A stretch of 64,000 nt of DNA, taken from positions 32,228,388 through 32,292,387 of the forward strand of contig NC_092670.1 in NCBI RefSeq assembly GCF_964355755.1, given 5' to 3'. Position numbers and translations under genes: made by a program. Shown here one piece after another: positions 23,881 to 35,000 of this stretch. A model generated the notes under the pieces. It did no database searches, was not told where the DNA came from, and was given only the letters and a program-made list of their open reading frames with translations. The stretch comes from Antedon mediterranea. Taxonomy: Eukaryota; Animalia; Echinodermata. The first letter of the stretch is position 1; the number at the start of each line of letters is the position of its first letter.

Positions 23881-25375
23881 TAAATATAAGATTAAAATTA
23901 TATATTTATATTTCGAATATTAAAAATAATTTCAAATGGGTATTACTTCTTCTGTAAGGGATATTATACAAAGTAATAAATGTTTATAAGTGTAATGGTA
24001 CAAATAATGGCATTAGGTGAATGATGAAAGGTTATATTTCAACAATTATTTTTTTTCATAGTTCAATAGTGTGTACTATTGCACGCCATGTGACCCACAA
24101 TTGTCCAATCAAATGACAGGAATTTGTTTTTTTTTATAATATTTATTATGGAATACCATTATGATAACCTACTACAGTGCACATGCATAGGCCTACAGAT
24201 ACTGTAATTTGTTCTAGTACAGCTAGGCCTGTATTGGTTCTTCATATTTTTTCGTTTTGTTAAAATAAGTTTCTCAATAAAATATACCTTTGTTAAAGAC
24301 TAACTAAACAAACTATTTAAAATTCCTGAATAATATGTATAAGGGAAGCTTACTGCCTAATTTAAATGTTCAATTTTGCGCATGTGTTAAGTAGTACTTT
24401 ACGTAACTAAGTTATTTGATTTCCATAAGTCAGTTCCAAATCTTGTTCACAATTTTTTAGGCAAACTGTGCTTAGAGTCAGGGATGGGAAATTTCAAAGG
24501 TACATATAACAATAAGTTGGTATCATTAGAAATAATAAACTAACTTATCACATTATTTGAGTGTTTCTGTTTTTGTCAATTGCATCTGTTTCCCTCAGTC
24601 GCCGTTTATATTGAACTACACAAACATCTTTACTATTTGATATGCTAATTTTATACATTCTAAAGCAGGAATGGCAGCATTATAGGTAATGTTACAATGT
24701 AGTGGATTAGAAATGATTTCATTTATGGGGATGTAAAGCAGAGCCGTACGCAGGATTTTATTTCGGACGTAAAAATGGTAAACAATAAAAATGAAATAAA
24801 ATAAGTTATTGTTTTAAGACATTCTATATCGACGGTTTTTGATTGAAAGAGTGAGTGAATTTAAAATCATCGTAATAACTATCCACTGCCGTAGAATATG
24901 GAATAGATAGATATACAAATGTTGTGAACTAAGGTAAATAAACTCCGGACACCATTCATCCTGTTGGGGTTGTTCTTGTGAAATATTATAATACATTATA
25001 TATTTATTTCGACCCATTGTCATAATAAATAATTGGTTATTGACTAGTCCGATCCTACTTTTGACAGACTGCCAGTCTGTTTGATTAGTCGGACTATTTT
25101 TCACTAGACAAATACAGTTTGTGGGAACTAGGTGTACGCACCCCGACCTCACTGAATGATCGACTATCATTTCTTATCAATAATAATGAGCAACAAAACT
25201 AGAGTAGATCATTTTTTTTAAATAAAATGTTAACCTTTTGCAATTTGGGATGTTGACATGATAGTCCATCCCGCTTCATAGAATTAACCTCATGAATATT
25301 CATATTAGCAGTTTTCATATTCACTATTAAACTCAGAATTCAATACGTGACACGTGCAACAGCAGCACAGTCGTT

Positions 25376-27248
25376 ATGGCATCTTCGAAAGCTCTATCTA
25401 CCGATCCTGATTACTACGTGAAAGCATTCGAAGAACGAACAAAACGTCAACAACGAAAGAATGCACTAGTTGATTGGACAAACCAACTGGTAGAAAACCA
25501 ACTTATTGGAGCTGTAACGATTGGTAAACGGCCATTAAAAGTACTTGGTGTTGGTAGCGGTTCGGGTAAGTTTATTCCCAAGGTCAGTCAGCCTTCACAC
25601 AATAAAAGGACCCTGGATGAACTGTGAAATGTTATAACCAAAGAAAGTTGTTCATTTATCAATGGTCGGATATTGAAAGGCGGGTATAAAATAATACAGT
25701 AGGACTATTTTATTAATCGCAAACTTAATATGAATGATACCAGCTTTTTTAGTGAACATGTTCTTTTTAAAATCTGGTAGGCCTCCCGGGTAGGCCTACT
25801 AGAGATTACAATTGCATTACATTCAGTAAAAACGACAGTCAAGGAAATCCGGTGCCAAATGTTATATATTATAGCCTACCCATAGATAGACCTGGCTCAA
25901 CGTAACCTCTAAATAAACTGAGCCTCCCTAGCTATACAAACATATGGGATATATTAATTATTTTTTGAGTGAGTATCAATTTTATCTGTGAACTTTACCT
26001 CTAAGGGATATGCAATACACTTGCTTTATCTGCTTTCAGATGTTTTTAATATTTGTCAGTTATCAATTTTTCAGTTATTTTTTAATTTGTTAAATAATAT
26101 TTTTAATAATTTTTTTTCCTCATTATTTTTTTTATAAAATATTATTAATTACAACTGCCACTATAGTATTGTACTATACTAGGCAGTCTTCTAAAGTTAT
26201 ATAAGATACACCTATTTAATGTTGTTTTCTTTTTCCACAAGGTGAGGTTGAACTTGGCAACCTCTCGAAACTGCTAGAGGTTTTTCCATCGATAGAGGTT
26301 ACTGTTTTAGAACCTTCCAAACAGTACACAGACATCTACAAGGAATCCCTAGAGAAGAGTAATCTGAAAGGGCTAACATATCAGTGGCGACAGCAAACGT
26401 TGGATGAATATCGTGCTGATGTTGGAGCGAGTATCAAATATGATATAATCTTGTCTGTTAGCTCGCTGTACTACGTTGATGATCTTAAAGAGTCTTTAAA
26501 GTATCTATATGAAATACTAGAGCACGGTGGGAAATATGTCGTCATTGTAGTAACCGGTTAGTAATTATAATTACCTAAAGAATTGGCGTATTAATTACTA
26601 TTAAACGTATGTAAACATGTATTATTGCCAGTGTAACAAATATGGTAATGTTTATAAATGTAAACATCACAGACACAGAATAAATTCTAAACCGCCCGGT
26701 GATATACTGAAATTTGAAATGATAAAGATGAGGAAATCTGTGAGAATGAGAAAATGTCGCCCAAATCGAGATTGGAACCCGGAACCTTTATACTTGATAT
26801 GCAGATGTCCTAACCATTATACCACTTGGGTTTTGTTTAATCTCGATTGGATACCGACTCTTTAAATATATATTTGGTCTTTTTTACAGAAACAACAGGG
26901 TGCTATCGATTGTGGAAGAATTTCCCTTCTCTGTATCAAAGTGTTTCTTTTAATCAAATATCATCACGAGAAGTAATTAATGGCTTAAAAGCTCTTAATA
27001 TTGATTATGAATTAGAGAGAACCAGAAACGACATTGATGTTACTCAATGTTTCAACCAAGAATCTACAGAAGGAAAATATATGATAGATTTCTTGAGTCA
27101 CGTGGTCAATCTACGCGAGAGTGTAGACGAATCAACCTATTCGGAATTCGTTGATTTTCTTAAAAACATAAGTGCTCCACAGGAAGGATATGGAAGTAAA
27201 CTGTGGTTAGAATGTGGATGGGAAGCAACATTTGTTAAAAAGCAATAA
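25376..27248 (+). CDS. Histamine N-methyltransferase-like class I SAM-dependent methyltransferase (287 aa, three exons)
   Basis: Exons 25376-25565, 26242-26556 and 26890-27248 give 288 codons. Motif I VLGVGSGSGE, VLEPS, WRQQT, YDIIL-x3-SLYYVDD, L-x2-GG and DVTQCF...G-x3-DFL are typical of HNMT-like proteins. Confidence 0.88.
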
Positions 27249-28373
27249 ACACAAAAAATGTGTTTTATTTCTTACGACATAATGGTTATTATATCGTTTT
27301 GTGTTTTGCTTTGCAAATAAAAGTAAAGTTTGTTTTACATGTTCCTAAAAAGGGGGGACGGCCTACAGTTTACAAATCGTATATTTTAAATTAAAGTAAT
27401 CGTTTTTTTAGTATCCTGTATCATTGTGAAAGATATGTTTCTGTTAATTGCATTTGTTGCCATCAATCTAAATATCACATAGGCCTACTGATGCAAATTA
27501 CACGTCAATTTATTCTATCATTGCTCATTTCCTCCAATTTCAATGCGTTTAACAATATTTCTGAAAAATATTCTTTTAGACCAGTAATTCAAATTACTAA
27601 AAGATGAGCTCTCGCTTCACTCGCTCACCCTCTAGCCCTCTAGTAAGTGTAGACGATGGACCTCGGAATGTTGAATAACGTCTCGGTTATAAACCTCACA
27701 GGACATTCTGGTCTTTGAAAGTTTTTGCCAATTTTCGGATGTCGGTTACCGCATGTAATTATTGAAATGCGTGCTATTCGTAAAAATAGACCTAATCTGT
27801 TTATCGGTGTCTTAGACTTAGATGATGAATATAACATGTTAAAGTACCGTGTTTATTCGAATGAAAGTTAGGTCGGGGGAGGCGCATATTCGATCGAGGA
27901 AGAGGCGTTTAATTTGGTATTTGTAATTATGGTAACATTTCAGAATAAAATAAATTCCCTTAGATATGAACAAATACAATACCGTAATTGATATACAGTA
28001 CGGTAATCCAGAAGTAATTAGTAAACAAAATCATTATAATTTATTAAAGTGTAGATATAGAACTCAATAGATTACTACAAATAGAATGGTGAATTGTGTT
28101 ACAATACAATATAGTGTGTATATGTGGCGGGTGTTTATTAGAAGGTGCGGGTTGAATATCCCAAATTCCCGGGTCTAAAAACGGCGGTACACGGATAGTA
28201 CTCAACCCGTTACAAACCTGCCAGCTCAACAACTCGGCTACCTATCGGGCTTTAACCTGAAAATATCTGGCTATCAATCATCAGTTCTTTCGATGTAGGC
28301 CTAATGCAATTTTTACCCGATTTTATATACAGATTTTACAATTTCCCCGAAATTCCGATAATTTATGACTTAG

Positions 28374-28698
28374 TAAGTTGTAGATAAGTAGACTTGTGCC
28401 ACGTGTAGCAGCAATGCTAATATCAACTGTATCCATTTATTAACTCGCCTATCACTCTAAACCCCTTGAGAGAAATGGACTCGCCTCACGCGCATATCTC
28501 CATTACACTACAGTATCGCTGGTATGGTCATAATTATAAGTTGTAGACAAATAGACTTGTGTCACATGTAGATATTGTGTTGTGTGGTAAAATGCTAATC
28601 AACGATATCAATGAACTCGCCTTACTCATAAACATAATCGAAAGAAGAGTAAACCAGAAACCCCTGTGAGAGAAATGGACTCGTCTCACGCGTATATC
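28374..28698. repeat. Diverged tandem duplication (~125-160 bp units) upstream of the HCN gene
   Basis: TAAGTTGTAGA...AGACTTGTG...AATGCTAAT...AACTCGCCT...GAGAGAAATGGACTCG.CTCACGCG occurs at 28374-28498 and 28537-28698. Confidence 0.75.
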
Positions 28699-29037
28699 GT
28701 TTTGTCTAAACATTATCTTATTACATTTTAAAAGAACTTAAAATAATTCATTTTCGGTAAAATACATCTGAATAGTGACTTTAAAGAGACCACATTTATT
28801 TTCTAGACCAAAAATTGTGATGTAAAATGTTTTTATAGCAAAAACATGCTACACAGCCACATCAGTTTCTTCGTGGAAAACGCGCGCGTAGTTCCAGTGT
28901 CTGTGTATTTATGCGGCGGTTGCGTTCGATTGGAGTTAAATAGTTTCGATTATAAATACGCGTAATTTAAAAACATTTAAAACAAGGAAATAATGGCAAA
29001 TGTGATGTGACCATTGTGCAGGCATATTTAACTTTGT

Positions 29038-32000
29038 ATGCATGTGAAAGTAAGACCACTTGACAAAGAAAAAATCGAAATGAAGTCAACAGTAGAAGAA
29101 ATTCATAAAGATTTACCAGGTTAGAATAATTAGTATTTAGCCTACTTAAAACAAGATAGGCTTAGGCCCACCGTACTCTATCCTAGAGCCTACATAGGCC
29201 TAGACCTATTAATTTATAAGCCTACAGTAGGCCTATTATCAAGTTATGAAACTCATAAATATCTAGGATCGACCAGGTTGGCTAGGTCTGCCTAGCCTAG
29301 CCACTAGGCCTAGAATATTTTTTCTTTCTCATATAAAAATCACAAGGAAAATTAAACAGCAAAAGTTTTTCCATATTTCAAAGGTGTAGGCGTCGCCGTT
29401 GAAATGCATGGTGATGGTAACGATGATAAACCATCTTCCACTTCACCGCCTCAAACTCGGTCTTTTTTCCATCAACTGCACAACAAGTCGTTTTTCCACG
29501 CGTCGAACAGCAAATTCGTCAAGAAAATTTATCGCAGCGAAAACGCGCTTAAGAATGAGCAAAGAAGGCAGCGAGAAGCTCAAACATTCACCATTCATCC
29601 GTTTAGTGATTTTAGGTAATACATTTGAGTATTCACAGAGATATAGGCCAACTGAGTCTACATACATTTTCTAACACTAAACTTATGACGTCAAGTTCTG
29701 ACCATTTGGACAAGACGATTCTCTCTCTGAATGTAATTTCTTCTATCGTTTGATTTATGTAAAATTACTGGTAATCATTATAGTTCTTTAAAAATCAAGT
29801 TTCTTTAATAGACTGTCTTGTCCTTTTCTTTTTTTCCAGGAACATTAAAGATATCTTATTTAAAGAAACACTTTTAGTTTTTGTTTTTTTAATTATTTGT
29901 CAAAAGTAGAAATAAATCCAATATCAACAACTTGAAACTATCAATGTGTGTTTACTTTTGCAGATGGTACTGGGATATTTTAATGGTATTTCTGATGTTC
30001 ATGACTTTGATTCTTCTTCCTGTAAACATAGCGTTTTTCAGTGATGAAATTAGGCGGGAATGGGTGACGATTAACTGTATCGCAGACGGCCTTTTCATGA
30101 TTGATATTGTACTTAATTTTTGTACCGGAATTGCCAGACAACATGGAGAAGTAAGTTATTGGAATGGGTGGTTCTCTATAGTAATTGAAATTAGAAGTCT
30201 CAGAGCAATGGTGTGGCGTAATGGTACGAAGGGAGCTGAGGATGCGGCATCGGGAGAGCTGTCTGTACCAATGCTGATCATAGGATGATACGTAAAGCCG
30301 TTGGTCGCGGAAACATACACTGTTCATGTGCATGATAAAGACATTGGTACATTCTAAAAAAGAATACACACATCATCACCATAGTCCACCTTATTCTCAG
30401 ATGGTATACATGTATAATAAACAGCAGCCGTAGGTTCTTGTCTGCTGACAAACCTTTCTCCCACATGATTAACCATGTGGGAGAAAGGTTTTACTCTTTA
30501 TAACAATACATTGCCTCTTTTTCAAAAGCATTACGTGAAACTAAGGAATCCGATTAATTAACAACATTACAATCATCCCCATCACTTTCATAGTTTCATA
30601 ATTCAATCTTAAAATAAATAGCAATTTTAAAAATAAAACAAGCAATATCCTTTAAGATCTGTCTACGCTATAAAACTAGGTTGACAAACAAATGTGGTGT
30701 GCCAAAGTATGGTAGTGATTTGCCCAAATATATGATATCATCATGTCCATTATATGGGCATATCACTTTTTTGTCACATAAAGTTTGATAATGTAGACAG
30801 AGCGTATTTTTATTTTCAAAAAGGTAATTCTACAAAAACGTCGAATTGCTTGGTGTTATTTAAAAGGATGGTTTCCACTGGATTTTATCTCTTCTTTCCC
30901 GTTTGACTATATTTATTTCACTCAAGAAAATTTCGGAGAAGAAGGGGCGATATCGGATGAGATGCTACTAAAACTTCGTATATTAAGGTAATATTGAGAG
31001 GTTTGGTATCACGATTTTTGATGTTGTCATCGTTTTCGACCATTTTGAGCATTTCGAAAATATCAAAATGCACAGTATTCTTGCCGGGCGTTCTTCATAA
31101 CCGAATTAAGTGTAAATTCAGCATGGGGAATATAGCAGTATTGAAAAGGACCTAGACACGATGATCAAAACTGTGGATACGAGCTATATTGCTATTAACA
31201 TTAGTTTGGTAGTAGACCAGATTATGTGTCAAAACAGCATGAAGATATCGCGTCCTTTTCATAAAAGAAAAAACCGTTCTCACTTTTTTAGAAAAGTGCT
31301 CTTTGAAAAATCTTGAAGTGAAATTATTTTTCTTTTTCAAAATAGATTAATAAAAGTGTTAAGTTTACTTCGTCTGCTGCGGTTGTCTCGTCTTATGAGA
31401 TATGCACAACGATTGGAGGAGGCAAGTTTCACGTTGACTTCTTTTTAGGTGTATAACCTAGTATACTCAAACGCATCAGAGTTTTTATGTTGTTTTATCC
31501 TATTTTGTTTTATAGTTGCTAAATATTGACGGAGCGATTATCAGTATAGTCAACCTGGTTATTTTTGCGCTAGTCGTGACGCACTGGAACTGTTGCCTTC
31601 AATTCCTTGTTCCATTCTTCATGGACTTCCCTGTAGACTCATGGGTTTCTATTAACAATCTGCAGGTAGGTTATGACACATGATAGGTGTATTTTGAGTA
31701 GTTTTGCAAAGTTTTGTTTGTAAATACAAACTCCGAGTTTGCCACTGTTGGTGAAGATTGAGTTGCTGGAGGCAGTGTCCATCTGAGGATCACACTTACT
31801 ACAGTAGGTCGAATTCATGTGGTTCTCAGAGACAGTCTAAGCACCTGTTAATTCGTACCGTACCCGTAGCGCCAAGCAGCGTTATTATGCTCTTTCCACA
31901 TCCACTTGAACAAAATAGCCTAATCTAATTGACATGTTTTCCCCTCTAGAATGCTTCAAAATGGGAACAGTACTCTTGGTCGTTTTTTAAATCTATATGC

Positions 32001-35000
32001 CACATGCTGGGCCTTGGCTTTGGCAGGTATCCGCCTGCCAACATCACAGAGATGTGGTTAACGGTCATAAGTGTGTGCTTTGGAGCCACATTCTACGCAT
32101 TATTCATCGGTCATATGTCTACCTTATTGTTATCTATTGACGCATCCGCAAGACTGTACAACGAAAGGGTAATGTTGGAGTTTCTTTGTGTTTTACGGTA
32201 GATTCCACCTTTAAACATATGTAGTTAAAGAAAGATTTATAGACAGAATGAAGTCTAGAAATCCAAAAAACTGGCAGTGCATCAGAACAAAATTAAGCAT
32301 GATTCTGCTGAGATAATATTTGAAGCTATGGCTCGACTTACACATATTGTAGGCCTAAACATTGACGAAATGGGAGCTACTGGGTTGCGCAGATGCAACC
32401 AAATGTAATCACGAAACTCATGTGGACGTCGGACTCTCCTCGCAAGTGAGACTTTATAAATCGTCTGAAAACCACTCCTAGTGCTTTTGGAATGAGAGAA
32501 CACATTCAATTCACCAGGGAAAAAAAGTAGTGAGCCCTCTATCGGCAGCGAATCGTTTTTGCACACGAGACAGCGTGAACAATTACCCGGAAGCAACTTT
32601 GTTTTTAAAAATAAATATTAAGTTTTTGCAAACTGGCCAATTGGAACTTTTGGTTTTATTTACTAATGAATAATTCATGAAAACCTTTGACACAGCATCT
32701 ACGAACCACGTGATATTGTTTTTTTTATCGACAAAGCCATTATATCTGTGTCAAACAAGGGTGAATTACACCGATGTTTTTTAAACAATTTTAGGGTATT
32801 CGAATGTTAAAATTTCGTCTAACTTGTTGAGGCTGTAATAAAACAATCTAATTTTTTGAGAAGGTGGGTTTTATATTTTCTGGATATTTAATTTTTCAAT
32901 AGTAGTTAATAAAAAAATCTCGTTGGTGTTATTTTTTATTTTTTTTTAATGGCTGCTTAAACATGTGCCTTTTTGGTTATTTTACTGCTGAAAATGGAAC
33001 ACATGGTTGTAGCTAATATCATTTTTTTACACCATAAGATTAAAAATGTTGCTTTTTAAAATAATAAGAACATTATATAATATATAGGAAAGTTGTTTTT
33101 AATCATAAAACTTTACAAAGCCTCTTTTATTTTATTTAAAAATCAATATAGTCTAGGCCTAGTTTACAGGTAAGAGAGCTAGGCTTTAGCCTGTTATTAT
33201 AGTGGAGTAGTGCGTGTATTGTTGGCGCGTGTTCATTGTCAGGCGCGCGTATTTATAGGCCTAGGCCTAAGGAAATAAAAATAAATGATTACAAATATAA
33301 CTAAATAATGATTATTATTAATTTAATGTTTTTTTTTTTACAGATCACAGAGGGATGTTCTTATTAAGCTGTCTGCATACTTCAATACAATAGAAATAGC
33401 ATTAATCAACAACAATTTCTCATTAATTTACCGGCATATGTGAAACAACACATACAGTAATTTTATGGATATCTACAGATTTTTATTGCCAAAGGACATT
33501 TAATTTTTAAAAACTTGATATTTTCTTAATTTACTTATTTAAAGGTTCAAGCGGAGGTTGGTTGTTGTGCGGTAATTCTTATAAAGTTTAAATGTGATTT
33601 CCAAATCGGCAATAAATAATCATTATAAATATAAATAGAAAAAGGCCTAGTACAAAAGATGTTAATTTGATGTACAAAACTTGTTGTCTAATTTGTGATA
33701 ATATTAAAGGTTTTATGTTAAATGGTGTGTATTTCATTTATTGCTCCATTATTATAATAAAAAGAAGGGAATCGTGAAATTTCATTAATTATTTAGCCCC
33801 AAGAATGTATTGATTTTATAGTATTTTACAAATTTAAACAGTCCAGGCCTAGCTTGCAGACAGCCCCACCACCCACTTCTTAATAATTTTAAGAAAAATG
33901 AAAGTTCAACACTTTATTTCAAAATTTATAAGCCCTTTGTCCTCATATTTTAAGATTATGAATCAGCCACTTAACAAGAATAACAATCGAGGGGCCAATG
34001 ATGAAGCGCATCTTTCCTCATTCTCTTCGCCGCGCCTAAGAAAACGATTATTCCAGCCCTGCCGCGTCTCCCCCTAGGCCTACGCGCACCGTGCTTTCGC
34101 TTAAAACAGACCTATATTCAACTCCTTATAGAATTTGTTTGAAAAATAACACCAAGCTTATTTTTGGAAATCTTAGAAAATACATATAAGACTATATTAT
34201 ACCGTTTTCAGAATTTCATTTAAAAATTCCAAATTAATGTTAACTGTTAGTGCCACTTTGACCCTTTAAGTCAAAGGTCAATAGTACAAAGAATCTTTAA
34301 AGTATCTAATTTCATCTACATCTCATATGCTAACTGAGAAACTTCATGGATAGACAAACCTTTAATAGTGGACAAAATCATCAAATTTAAGATAGCACAA
34401 CGTCTTGTAAGTACCCATAGTGTTATGAGTTATAAGTTTATATTTAGTAGTTTAGTTTGAAATAGTTTGTAGGATGATAATACTTTTACATGATATGAAA
34501 TAGGCAAATATTAATGTTACTGTATCTAGTATATAGGCTACTGTTTTACATTGCTACACAACCTTGAGTGCATAGCCTGCTGTAACAACCTTGAGTGCAT
34601 AGCCTGCTGTAATAAGATATACCAAGGGAATCTTTGTTTTAGATCTGTGGTCAAGTATTTGTATGCTATCTATAGTACCACAGTATTCACATTTTATATG
34701 AAATTATATAATGCTTTGATTTAATAGTATAATTTGTAGTTTGATGTTACTATAGCTTACTACAGTAGATAATTATAGATAGTTTATTATAAACATTTGT
34801 AGTTACACGTTTTTTATATCCTTTGTTTGTAGTCAATCGTGATACTTTATGGGATTTGGAATCTGATTATATTGAGGAACAGAATAAACTTAAATCACGC
34901 ATTGAAACCGTTGGCTTTATATTGTATGGTGTATTTTGAAGTTTGTTTAAATATTGGAGCCAACATCATTGAAAGACGATACAATTTTGAACTTATCCAA

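Noticed and set aside
30950-31421. HCNL1-type proton channel
   Set aside because: The central S4 basic residues are retained and the pore helix and CNBD Arg are intact, so the hallmark HCNL changes are not seen.
32282-34244. A DNA transposon hosting the BEL insertion
   Set aside because: CpG-rich patches suggest repeat origin, but no matching TIR pair or TSD could be found with 41540-41940.
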